A program made the position numbers and the translations under genes. A stretch of DNA of 64,000 nt from positions 1,080,868 through 1,144,867 of the forward strand of contig RDEW01000015.1 in assembly GCA_011109175.1 (NCBI GenBank), given 5' to 3'. Of this stretch, positions 37,620-50,200 are shown in pieces. The first letter of the stretch is position 1. Every line of letters starts with the position of its first letter. This stretch comes from Dicyema japonicum. Lineage: Eukaryota > Animalia > Dicyemida. A model generated the notes under the pieces. That model saw only the letters and a program-made list of their open reading frames with translations, was not told where the DNA came from and searched no databases.

Positions 37620-38100
37620 TGAATGGGCACAGAGTTTCCACACTGAGTTTACGTCCATCTGAAGCGGTTCTAGGGATCCCCTAATGAGTTACTGACGAAG
37701 ATCCTTGTGTATTCTCGTTGGAGACTCTTCATCTCGGATTTTCTTTCCACCGTTTCAGGAAACCTTGGTGTTGGAAAATTGACCGTCAAATCAAAAGATG
37801 AAGCTACGTCTCTTATAAGATCTGGATTGCATGTTGGTTTCCAGAAAATCCGCTGTAAATGGTACCAAGACTCTCAATCAGATGTTTCAGATGCCAGAAA
37901 TTTGGCCACGTTGCATCTCGATTCATCGAAAAAGAGAAATGGCTTATTTGCGAAGAGGAGCACGGAATGAACAGCTAGCCTTCCAAAGGATGATCAGAGA
38001 AGTGCATCAACTGCGAGACTGTTAGTCACCTCGCCTGTTATGGAGGTTGTCTTGTGGCAAAGACCGCTACTCAGGAATTGAGCGTCCGCAAAGCTAACCG
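37620..38100 (+). mobile_element. Gag-like LINE ORF1 remnant with CCHC zinc knuckle
   Basis: IRCFRCQKFGHVASR around 37875-37920. Confidence 0.6.
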
Positions 38101-38444
38101 TCATGAAGAAAAATTAACTGTGAATAAGAATACTACCAAGCCTATCAGTTTGGTTAAAGAGGAGACGGTTCAATCCGTTTAGAAGAAATCTGCGAGTTCT
38201 ACTTGCAAAACTTATACGCAAACTGAAGACACTAAAGAGACAATGACAGATTAAGAATACCAAATGACAAAAAATCCAGAAACTGAGCGATTATCACACC
38301 AAAGAGATGACTTTCATCATCTGCATACTCCACCACTAATGTTCGAAGGCAAATGTGGATTTACTGGATGTGTTGACACTAGTCCTGAAGAGACTAGGCC
38401 ATTTTTTCAATCAAAAATTTTATTAATGACAAAATAAATGATCA

Positions 38445-38630
38445 AACAGCAGCCGCCTTGACTGCGTAGCTATTCCCTCTCAGGATGGCGAGATTCGCTC
38501 AAATAACCAGCAGCGCTAACAGAGATCTCCTGTTCGTGCAAAAATCCGATTTTCTAAACGACTCAAGAATTCCAGTGTCGTAGACGCAAGGGAACGAGAC
38601 TTAACAGCGTCTGAAAAGTGGTTAAAAGCA
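38445..38630 (-). mobile_element. CRE-like 3' end, second subfamily
   Basis: Homologous to 9110-9230 and 52140-52320. Confidence 0.72.
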
Positions 38631-39263
38631 AGAAATGTAAAAATAATATTCTGGTGATTGCCAGATCCATTCAGAAAAAGCATAGAAAAACTATCATTAC
38701 TGATGAAAGTCGAAGAGACTTATATCATCGTCTTTAACGAGACTAAACTCAAAGAAGACAAAGATTTCCTTCTAGATGGTTTTTCTTTTGTGGATATAAG
38801 ATGGAAGGAAAGTAGCTGCTGGGTAAGGAACATATTTTTTTCATCGTCCACATCTATGCAATCGAAGGCCCCAAGTCATACGGAACACTTGTAAACATAT
38901 TGCTTTTGAATGTGGTTTGACCAATCAAAATGGACTAAGGTTGAGACACATCACTGAAATTCGATCATTTACTTTCCATCTCATATTTGGTCTTATTTTA
39001 TTGTCTACGATAAAATACTCTATAATGAAGGGATATCATTTGAGGAAATTTATTTTTATTCACTCATATTGATGTTACACTGCAATTAAATCCACTAACG
39101 TTATAGACTGAGAGTGAAAAGTGCAAATTATCGCTAATATAGCAATAGAGGGTCGTCACCACCCCCAATCAAAGAATGCCAGAGAATGTAAAAAAATCGA
39201 AAATTACAAACTATGAATGCTTAAAATGTGAAAAATAGGATTATTTAATAAATTATAAAAATA

Positions 39264-42215
39264 TCAACTTTTTCGTAAATTTTTGACCTAAAGAATATAA
39301 AAGAATATAACTTTTTTAATGAAAGTACTATTTTGTTTTGTTTGACTATCAGAGAAGACTGATGACTGTTCAATCTGTTCATTAAGTGAAGCATTAAGTA
39401 ATGACATTGTAGTCAACTGATTGCTATACTCGCGTACACTTATATCAAATTCATCATGCAGGGCATCGTATTGGCGTTGTTTATCATTTAATAGTTGATT
39501 AATTTCATCCCTATCACGTTTTAGTAGTGATATCTTTTCCTCCAAAGCATGACACTAACATAATACATAATATTTACTTCTGACTGATAAAACACAGCTT
39601 TACTATCAGTTCTCTGTAATTCAGAAGATATATTTGAGATTCGACTATTAAAATGTTGACGGATCAAATCTTCACGTTCATTAGTGGGAATATCACAATT
39701 TGGTGGAATAACACCGTCACAAACAGTCATACCCCCATTCTATTAATAAAATAAACTTAATACTAATAATTTATTATCAACTCCATCCACCAATAAATGA
39801 GTTTGTACATTTGTTCCCTGTTTTAATTTAGCACGTGCTAGTTGAAATTCCAGCATCCAATGTTCCTTCTCCTCTTCAAGAATAGAAATCTGAGATCTGA
39901 ATGTTTGAATTTGATCGGACAAGGATATCTCTGAATATTTGAGTGCAGAAAGCTGATCCCGTGAACGAACAGCCTCAAAATAGTCAACATGGTTGTGGCA
40001 TTGGTTGATTGTGAATAATAGTTACTAAAGATGATACTCTTTGATGGAATTCATTAGCAGAAGAACAACAAAATAGAGGAGGGGTAGTCATTCGTTTAAT
40101 TCCATCAATGTAATGCTTAGAGTTTTCCATTACAGTTTCCATCTACAATGTGATTATTTATTACTTCTTTTATATTATTCCAAATTCCAGTGATAGAATG
40201 TGAGAGACCCCCGTTAAGTAAAATATGATCAGAACTAAGATTGGGTAGTTGACTTTCATATGATAGTAAAGAATCAAAATTGACTGACAAATCTGTTATA
40301 AATATAAAGGAGACCACTAAGGGATAAGAAAAAACACTTCATTGCTTCTATGAGAGATAACTCTATTTTGTTATGTTTGTATAAATTTTCACTTAGGAAA
40401 TCTCCAATAATAGGATAACAAACCACTACATTCACTAACAGGTAAATAAGCATCATATATATCCTGACATACAGTGTTGTACCTCATTAGTGCTTCCTGA
40501 GTAGAGTTTATTTTAATTGATATTGTGTTAGGTGATCCCAATAGAATCAATTCAGCAGAAAAACTAATAATAACAATAAATACCAATTTTTAATATATTC
40601 TAACAGATTAGAGAATGCATGGGAGTAATTCTTCCAACAACTCATAAATGATCCAAGATCACTCAGTGATGCTAAGGATATGCAAAGGGAATTCTTGGTA
40701 GAGTTGAATAAACTCCTTAAATATAAATTAGCCTTATCAATATATTCCCCACAATGAGTAAACAGTAATCTTGTCTAGGAATTGTCAATAACTAATACTT
40801 CTTTCGCCTGATCTGACTGTTTTGGTATAAAATACAGACATCTTTTGCAAAACTGAGAGTTCATCTCACTCAGATTCTTTAGGACACACACAAGCACATT
40901 TGAGAGACGATGAATGAATTCTTTAGTGAGTAACAAATTATTATTGTCAACCACGTGTTCTAAATCGATTCTCTCAAATGCCCCCAGTTCTAAATAATAA
41001 CCAGAATAAACTGGAATCATTCATAAATGTATCAAATAATGGAATAAATGAATCATCTCCCATTAACTTTTCTTCATAAACACGTGTTGATTCAATACTA
41101 AACATGAAATCATTATTTAACATTTTATCTCTTTCAGAGTTTAGTAATTCAATTTGATGATTCTTTTCCCCAATTTCAACCTTAAATGTAATATTAATGT
41201 AATACTTGGATTGACAATAACTTTTGTTCTAAAATACGGTAATTTTTTTGATAAGACTCATTCGCTGTTGTGAGCAATCCACGTGTTTCATCCAACTGCT
41301 GACAGAGATAACTATTTGTGACATTCAGTTTGTTTAAATCTTCTTCATAAACAGATTTACTTTCATCAATCAGATTGAATGAAAACATTATACTTTTCTA
41401 TGAAGACCCTCGTTCTCCATAACCTTAGACTGGAGTTCTAATCTTAGTACATCCCTGTCATCATCTTCAAATGAATTCTGATGATTATTATTAATATATA
41501 CTTTCTTGTTCTTCCTTGATTTTACATGTGAAGACATCTTAGTCAGATCATTTTGTAATACTTCAACTCTGTGGACCATCTGTTCATTAAGGAATCGTAA
41601 AGTCTCAATGTCTCTGCTTTGCCGTCTCAGTTGAATATCCTTACCAGTTTCACTTGCCTTTAAAATTAACTAAATTAGACTTTAGCCGGGTGGCTTAGTG
41701 GTTAGGTGTCGGGCTTAAGTGGCTTAGGCTACGGGTTCGAATCTCGCTGCTGTTCACCTGGTGGAAGGTTCCACGCATCTACGATGCAGAAATGGTTTGA
41801 CGAGTGACGCCGTCATCAGTGAATACTCACTGCGGAACTGGATTTGTCTAGAAAGGACACTCACACAAGAAAAAGAAAAAAAAAAAAGAAGTGAAGATCA
41901 TTCCTTGGTTCTACGATTAGTTAAAATTAACTGTTCTTTACTTAAATAAAGTGTGTGTCCTGCCTATGCGGAGCTATAAAATACTATGGCTCTCGTGAAA
42001 AGGCTTTATTATTATTATTATTAAAATTAGACTTTAATTTCACTGAGGCTTTGTTGGGTTTCATTATAAGCAGTTTTTAGTACACTAAATGCAGATTTCA
42101 ACTAAAACTAAATACTACAACCAACCTTAGAGTATTCCTGTGCCAAAATTTTGTATTTATCATTTCTATCGCTGTCATTAATACTTGACTGAAATAGTCA
42201 TTAACAGTATACCAT
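39264..42215 (-). CDS. PPP1R21: PPP1R21 (FERRY complex coiled-coil subunit)
   Basis: N-terminal DKYKILAQEYSK (animal consensus KYQKLAQEYSK); C-terminal REDLIRQHFNSRISNISSELQRTDSKAVFYQSE and REYSNQLTTMS. Confidence 0.85.
41685..42023 (+). mobile_element. tRNA-derived SINE, family B, full length, with 13-bp TSD, antisense in a PPP1R21 intron
   Basis: A box tggcttagtgg, B box ggttcgaatc; RTE-type 3' stem-loop and (TTA)n tail; aaattagacttta at 41672-41684 and 42024-42036. Confidence 0.88.
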
Positions 42216-42318
42216 AAACCACGAAATATTTAACTGTTATTTTTCTTTAATTTGTTTATTAAATATTTAATTTATTATATATTTAATCTAAATTATAATA
42301 ATTTGTTACGTGGTTATA

Positions 42319-42768
42319 ATGTCTCGTGGCTTATATTTGTTGAACAAATTTAATATGAAGGCTGATTTAAATAGTAATTATTAGACATTGAGGGGATTTT
42401 CAAGCTTCTTCAAGAGTGTTGAGTCTGCTTCTGAACTAGAAAATCTTCTTAGTAAAAATTCGAATATACCTAATCTATTATACTTTACTGCACAGTTATA
42501 TTGTAATAATATATCAGATGGTGTGGCCCCTGTCGTGCTTTTGGTCCTAAACTGGAAAAATATCATAAATCAAACAATAACTTTAATGTCTTCAAAATTG
42601 ATGTTGATTCAATGAGTGATTCAGCAGAATCATATAATGTAATTTTATTATATAACTAAGATAACTACTATTCCCACAGTAGTCGTTATTAGTAATGGAG
42701 TTACTAATACTATTATTGGAGCCACTATTGATAAGGTTGATAAGGCACTACAGTCCATTTCTGAATAA
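42319..42768 (+). CDS. TXN2: Thioredoxin with N-terminal extension (likely mitochondrial)
   Basis: Spliced reading LLYFTA.WCGPCRAFGPKLEK..FKIDVD..IPTVVVISNG; the mitochondrial paralog assignment is inferred from the extension. Confidence 0.8.
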
Positions 42769-42879
42769 TTACTTTAACAATTTTCTGGTTAATAACAAAT
42801 GTCACCTTTTATTTCTCATTTACGTACTCTCCCTTAAGGAAGCTTATGACTAAAGAAATAGAGAAATTAATTACTTATA

Positions 42880-43665
42880 TCGAGACCCTGTGGCACTATG
42901 TGGCTTCTCTGGTGGCGTCATTGGATCCAGCTTACTGAGAAGACGATGGAATCGACCAGCTCCTAGGACGACGTCCTCTAAATTATTACCCTAAGATCAC
43001 TGAGAAAAGAAATAAAAATCTCAACTAAAGCCGACAAGGGAGAGGACGAGTCCGGCGTGGTCGAGAATCCTGTGCTGCTCTTCTCATCGGACATGGCATC
43101 GACTCAAACTATCTGTATGATTCTAGATAGTGTATGGAACAGAGGGCAGCTCGGTAGACTAGCCGCCTTTCAAAGTTTCTGTTGCAATTCAATTAGATTT
43201 TCAATAGGTTAGATCTTGTGTTCTGATCCAATTTACTCTATTGCAGCTTTCTGGATTGCGGATAGTTTCAAGGACGAGGAGCGTGAAATCTGCATTGCCT
43301 ACGAAAAAATTGCATACGTCATCGTGAGTCGGATAAATTTTTCATAAATTGTGGCAAGGCTCCGAGTTTGGTCTTTTAGTGTTTTTGAGAGACTTTTAGG
43401 ATTCTCATTTTCTTCAGAGCTGAAGTTATTTTGTTCTTAACATGTCGGATAAAAGAGAGTCCCTGAACAAAATTGATCCCCAGAATCCATGGTGTTTTGT
43501 TAATAGGAATAGCCTCGTTTTTCATAAGGATTTTACACAGATCTGTCTTTGTACGTGGTAAACAGCTTGCCAGAGGACTTCTTGAGTGAAGGTTACGCTG
43601 GACCGAGTCAGGATCAAAGAATTAGTTAGTTTGGTTTTACCCCCGGTCTCTGGAATAATTTAATT
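42880..43665 (+). mobile_element. Non-autonomous LINE-derived element: family-C-type leader at left, family-C-type 3' end at right
   Basis: ggcgtcattggatccagcttactgagaagacg at 42914; gagtcaggatcaaagaattagttagtttggttttacccccggtctctggaataa at about 43605-43660. Confidence 0.5.
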
Positions 43666-43689
43666 TTTATTTATTAATGGCGGGACTGA

Positions 43690-44860
43690 TGAACAAATGG
43701 TCCATCTTGTGTTTGTCGAGATGCAGAAAAACACAGTGGTGAGTCTGTTTTATGGATGTTCACAAAAATGGCATAATAAATGGTCCCAAACCTGTTAGCA
43801 GCTAAAAATGTAAAAAAAACACTAGCCAAAAACTGAGTTCTAAATTTTTTGAAAAAAGTCGCAAGTTCAGCATCTATGGAGACGCAGATGGTGTCATATT
43901 TTGCTCATGAAGAGACGTTGAGGAAAATCTCGGACAAAATCTTCCCGTAATTAAAATTAATATAATTTTATTACCAAAAAATAACTATCCAGACTAATTA
44001 TATTTTTTTCTCACGTGTCTTCGCTTCCTTTCAGGTGTCTATTATTTTCCTATTGCACTTTAGGTTGCATAAGAGAGTTCACACGGAATGTGTCGCTCTC
44101 AAGAGTTCTCTAGAAGACATTTGTTTGTATATATGCGTGGATTTTCCATCCACTTCCAACTGTCTCAAGTACCCCCTCTGGAATTTAGTTACAATACAAT
44201 CAATCACATACTAGATAATGCATAATTCGTTTGCGAGAAAAGCGCAATTCTTATTCTTCTTACTGTTTTCAAGCGTTCTTGGTTAGTAATGAACTTCTAT
44301 GATAGTTATGTCCTTTAATAACTTATCACAATATCTGTACAGAAAATGAGATTTTGATTGATGTGTCCACCTTTATCTTAACTTTTGAATTTTCAAAAAT
44401 TGACTAGCTTTATCAGTCCAAAACTTTCTGGAATGTGATATCCTATACTTGTTGCACAAAATAATGTGGATAGACCACGCAACTTCTTTGTCTTTACACG
44501 TAGTGTTGGTAAAGCATACTACCACTCTTAGTTAATAAATGTCCATGGTTATTATTTTTTATTACAGTATGGACACAACCTCCAATGTCCACGAAAAAAG
44601 TCCCTGTCATGTAAAGCGCCTCAAACTAGACACTTTGTGGTTTAACAAACTTTGTGGTTTCCTTGGTTAAGGTTTTGACTCATCAACGGCCAAGATTACC
44701 ATCTTCTCAGATGTTCCTACTTCAGACCCAATTTTCAGAACATACTCGGAATAAACTCGCATTAATGTGGACTACATTGCGTAGTTCACGACCTAACTTA
44801 AACATGCACAGCCGGGTCATTGCTCGCCGATCTTACATTTGGAAACTAAAGAGATAATAA
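43690..44860 (+). CDS. Unidentified multi-exon gene
   Basis: Several plus-strand tiny GT-AG introns (for example gtgtctattattttcctattgcactttag) joining open exons such as LHKRVHTECVALKSSLEDICLYICVDFPSTSNCLKYPLWNL; ends uncertain. Confidence 0.35.
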
Positions 44861-44933
44861 ATCCATATCAATGTACTCTTCAGCTTCTACGAATCCCAGC
44901 GTATTATTTTATGAAAAAAAATATCTTTAATAA

Positions 44934-45767
44934 TTATAATTTATCAACAATGTTATTAGTAAGTAATTTGAATGGATCAAACACAGAATTGGTAAACTTA
45001 TCCAAAGCCATATCCCAACCTCCCTTAAACAAATCACTCATTGAAGGTTGAATTGGAAGAGATCCAAGAAAATCAAGTCCAAATAATTCAGCCATATTTT
45101 TTCCACCATCTCTTGCAAATATATTTGTGGTTTTCTACAATAACCAACCAAATATGACCTGACAATGAGGACAGACATATCCAGACATATTCTCAACAAC
45201 TCCAAGAATATTAAGTCCAGTCTTCACACAAAAGTCAATCTCTCTTTTTACATCAGCAATGGAAATTAACTGAGGAGTGGTCACGAGGACAACTCCATTA
45301 GGACGAAGGAATTGGGCTAATGAGATGTGTTCATCACTAGTCCCTGGTGGAGTGTCCACAACAAAGTAATCCACGTGTCCCCAATTCACATTCTGTATTA
45401 GCTGCCTGATCATTGCTGTCTTCCGTGGTCCCTTCCAAATAACGGGGGTAGACTCACTTTGCAAAAGGAAAGCCAGAGAAACCACTCCCAGTTGATTGTT
45501 AGGACCAAAGTATACAGGTTCCCACCAAAGTAATATTAATTATTTACCCAAATTCCGATTGAATTAGTTTCTTCTTTTGTAAGCCAAAAATAGTGGGGGA
45601 AGAAGGTCCACAAAGGTCAATGTCTAGTAAAGCAACCCTAATATAAAAGTCTTGATTACCTTGAAACCTTGTGCAGCTAAGGAGAATGCTAAAAATGCTG
45701 ACATTGTGGTCTTCCCTACGCCTCCTTTCCCTGACATTACAAAAATAATCTTTTCGACAGAATCCAT
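44934..45767 (-). CDS. NUBP2: Cytosolic Fe-S cluster assembly factor NUBP2/Cfd1
   Basis: [11 protein letters not shown] near the N-terminus with no Cys-rich extension; [43 protein letters not shown]. Confidence 0.92.
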
Positions 45768-45899
45768 TTTAAGTGACACGATACTTAAAGTTTATTTTAA
45801 TTAAAAATTATAATTATTAATTAATTCAAAATTAAAATATGAATTTTTATATATTTTAAATTAACATTTGAGAATTAAATATAGTCAAATTAGGAAACA

Positions 45900-46790
45900 A
45901 TTTAACAAAGGAAGATCACATCCAAAAAGATTTTAATAACCTCATAAAATATTACGTGAAAATATTCCACAAGGACCATAAGAAGTCGGATGTACCTTCT
46001 TTATATCTCAGTAAACTGAAAAAGGAACCTGATATGATTTACTTCACTGAAAACAGCATGAGAAATATATTGAAAGTCATTGAAACAGCCTATTCTAACA
46101 GACCGGATAAAATCCCAATGATCCTCCTAAAAAATCCTGGGGCTTATTGAATCGCTACATTAACGAGGATATTCAACCACTTTATTAACAAAATTCTATT
46201 CCAGCCTTATGGAGGCTTGCTCACCTAAATCCAAATTTGAAACCCGGAAAAGTGAATAAGGGTCCGGCTTCATACAAACCGGTCGTGGTATTGTGTTCGT
46301 TTTCTCCTTGACTTGTCATTTCAACATGGTTTTAAAGAGGAAAAGTCTACTTCGACCCATTTATCAGCATTGAAAATGTAATTACAAAATTAAAAAAAAC
46401 TAATGTGTTGAATTGTATGGGTTATAGAAAACCGGAAATAGTCCTATTAATTGAACCATGCATTTCTTATGTATGTGGCATCTGGGGTCCATTCATTTCT
46501 TGGAAAAATATTTTGAAGATCGAGGCTAGCCGAAAAAGAGTTTCAAAAATTACGGAACGATGGACTTCTGAAGGGTCCCAGCCTCCAATGCCTTTAGAAT
46601 CCATGATACTCATGTACCGTGGAACGTGCCGTCGTGAATACTAAGATCCATTCATTCGGCTGATACGTGCTTGTGTGGGGTCGAGCGAGGAGCATCGGGC
46701 AGGTTGAGTTCTCTGCTAGAGGGTGCTGGGATCACGTGATTAATTAGATGGTGTAACCGTGGTCTTTGGTATTATTAGGAATTTAAGGAA
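45900..46790 (+). mobile_element. APE-LINE fragments including the 3' end shared with SINE family C
   Basis: PYGGLLT.IQI.NP..YKPV RT fragment; IEPCISYVCGIWGP..KIEASRKR; ends gggatcacgtgattaattag..accgtggtctttgg. Confidence 0.7.
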
Positions 46791-46804
46791 TAGTGAATAA
46801 GAAC

Positions 46805-47030
46805 AATGCTTTGGCTTGACGAGTGACGCAATCATTTGCGAACACGTGGATCTGGATGGTCTATAAAGGACATACACACAACAAAAATAAAAAAAAGTGA
46901 AGAGCATTCCTTGGTTATCCTTTTACGATTAGTTATCATAACTGTTTTTTACTTAAAATATAGCGTGTGTCTTGCTTGAGTGGAGCTATAGCTAATATGG
47001 CCTGCGTAAAAGTGCAGTTATTTCCAAAGT
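46805..47030 (+). mobile_element. 5'-truncated family B SINE
   Basis: ttgacgagtgacgc core, gaagtgaagagcattccttgg, ggagctatagctaatatggcc tail. Confidence 0.78.
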
Positions 47031-47242
47031 GTTATAAAATACTAAGCAGATCTCTCTTGTGGAAATGCACTTAATCAGCCACCTTTTTCACGAATGCCTC
47101 TGTTTTTCTATCAACGTTTCCTTTAACCTGTGAGTATTAGGAAAATTGCAAGAATTATTATTCCAAAATATATTTGATTTCTATTTACCACTTAAATGAA
47201 AATTTAAACGCAACAAATTGACGACAAAAGGCGGTATATAAT

Positions 47243-50200
47243 ATGGCGAACGCAACAATTTAGTCAGAATGTTGTTTTTATTAATTTGTTTGTGTGTGGT
47301 AAAAACAGAATTTTGTTTTGAAAATAAAAAATGTGAAAATGATGGAATTTGTGTGACAGCAGAAGATGGATTCTCATATTGTAGGTATAAATCAATACAT
47401 TGGTGAGAAATTAATCTCAAATTTATTATTAAAACAATTAAAATGAATAATTCCCACTTGTATTAACACTTCATAGGTGCTCAATGGGATTTAGAGGGAT
47501 TACTTGCCAGCTTCGAGATCCTTGTGAAGACAAGTACTGTAAAAATGGAAAATGTGTTTCAATGGGGGATTCTAATTACCAGTGCATGTGTAACTCAGGT
47601 ACATTAAGATTGTGTGATAAGGATAATGTCATATTTAATTTACTTACTTTGATATGACACATTTAATGTGCTATATACTTTTCTATTTCTCACTCATTTC
47701 AGACAAAATTGATTTTATGTCTATTATAGGATTTTACGGTACAGAATGCCAATTTGACAAAATTCATCGAAAATGTATAGAAATAGATTGCTATCACGGA
47801 AAATGTGAGGTTGATTCTATCACTGGACAACCAACATGTAAATGCGATCACAACTACATTGGTATTACTGTTTTATATTTAAGGTAATGATTGTAAATAT
47901 CACAAGTTGTGTTATGAAAACAAAATATGCCTTAATGGGGGAAGATGTATTGATGATATTAACACATGTTTCTGTCCCTCCGGATTCACGGGTACATTGT
48001 GCCAATTTGATGTCGATGAATGTGACAAAGTAAACTGTCATAATAATGGAATTTGTGTAAACAAATACGGAAACTTTACTTGTGAGTGCAAAAATGGATT
48101 TACTGGTAATTTGTGTCAAATTCCGCCAAAACTTTGCAACGTTAATTATTGTCTTTTTGGGGGATCTTGCTATGAATTTGACGGAATTCCCATATGTCTG
48201 TGCAAAACAGGAAGACTGGGAAATCGATGCCAAAACGTGAATTTGTGTTCAAATTCGAGTGGTGTCTGCCCACAAAATACAAGATGTACTGTAAATTTGC
48301 GGACAAATCAGGTAGAATGCCTTTCCCAGAACCCCACGTGCATTGATAAATTTGGTGAGACTTAAACCGTAATATTTGATTAGGTAAAATATGCAGTGGT
48401 AACGGAAACTGTCTCAATGATGTTTGTACATGTGGCTACGGATTTTATGGCGAATTTTGCGAAAAAGTCATTTCTTGTTTTAATATTTCTTGTCTTAATG
48501 GAGGAGAGTGTGTGTCCGGAAAATGCATCTGTCCTGAATGTAACATCAAATAATTAAAAAAATAGATTTTTATGGACAATTCTGTCAATCTTCCACCGCT
48601 CTAGTACAACCGTGTCCAAACTGCCTTCACGGAATTTGCGTATTTGGAAAATGCCACTGTTACGGGATGTACTTTGGTGAGAATTGTGACTATGACTACG
48701 GATTATACCATTTGTATTGCTTAAACGACGGAATATATCTACCAAAGGTCAAAAGGTGCCTCTGCCCAATAGGATTCGAGGGTTTTGCAAGATTAATGAT
48801 TATAGGACTTCAATGTGAACGAAAATTAGAAACCTGTCTATTCCCAGAAAAATGTAAAATCGACGGCCTAAAATGTCTTGTTTATAAAGGAAATGAAAAT
48901 TGTATTTGTAGAAATCACACGATTCAGAATATTTGTGGAAATAGTTTGTTTCCAAAAATTGGTATTTCAACGAGGATTAATTTTAGAGCCAAAAAGCGGT
49001 AAAATGACTAAAATTTGTATTCCTGGTTATTCCGGGGAAGATTGTTCGGTTAAGGAAAATCAATGTGATTTAAATTCTTGCAAAAATAATGGAACATGTT
49101 TGGATTTCGTCAATTCGTTTAGTTGTATTTGTGACCCACAATATCTGGGTCGTAATTGCCAAAGAGAAGCAACTGAATGTAATGACGAGTAAGTTTAACA
49201 TAATCAGCAAAGATTATGTTTTAATAACGGAAAGTGCCTTCAAGTCGCCGATAAAGAGTATTATTGTGTCTGTGATGATCTCCATAAAGGAAAAAATTGC
49301 GAGAGACGAAAGAACTGTGTAATCAATCACAAAATCTCAAATGATTGTCTTAATGGTAAAATATTAATTCTATGATAGGTGGAAGACGTTGTACTGGCGG
49401 GGGGTGCTCATGTCCTTCTGGATATTTAGGAGACATTTGTCAGTATAGAAAATGTCAGTATAACCCTTGTGAAAATGATGGATTTTGCATTTCTGGGAAT
49501 TTGACTGCTTTTGGAGAGCTAGCAGTAAAAAATGGATTCCAATGTTTATGTAAAAATCAAAGTTTGGGTGTTCTTTGTGAATCTTTCAAAAATGATTTAT
49601 GCAAAAATAATCCTTGTCTTAACGGAGGGACATGTCGACAAATATCTCCAATAGAAACTATGTGTTATTGTCGACCATTTTACTTTGGGGACTTTTGTGA
49701 AGTCCAAATCTTCGACTGTCGATTCACAAACTGCTTCCTGCCATGGACTGAAAAATGTCTTTTAACATCAACAACAGGGATAAATTGGCTAAATATGACC
49801 AAAAATCTAACAAATAATACTACACGTGTATTTGCCATAAAGGGTACTCTGGAAGAAAATGTACGTTCGTTAACACAGATTGTCCCACTAAAGATTGTAA
49901 CTTCTGCCCTTTGAGATGTCTCAATGGAGGGAAATGCAAGACAACCATTAACGGAAACTCATTCTGCGATTGTCCGTTCAATTATCACGGAAAATTGTAA
50001 CGAGTCAGTTTATGTTTAGATGTGAATTATCTGAAATAAATATGTGTAATTTTGATTATTGTAAAAACAACGCTCAATGTCTTCAAGGTCAGACAACGTT
50101 TACCTGTGTTTGCCAATCTGGTTTTTTTGGACCAAATTGCACAATTATTGGTAGAAAAATTATACCCCCGCATCCTCCAGAGGGTAAAAGCATAGAATAC

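Noticed and set aside
38700-38726. CTGATGA followed by hairpin AAGTC/GACTT, as a hammerhead
   Set aside because: No GAAA after stem II, and no stems I and III
41685-41757. Functional tRNA gene
   Set aside because: A and B boxes are present but the cloverleaf is incomplete; it continues into a SINE body with TSD
43686-43730. CTGATGA..ACAAA/TTTGT, as a hammerhead
   Set aside because: GAAA is not adjacent to the stem and no closing stem III is found
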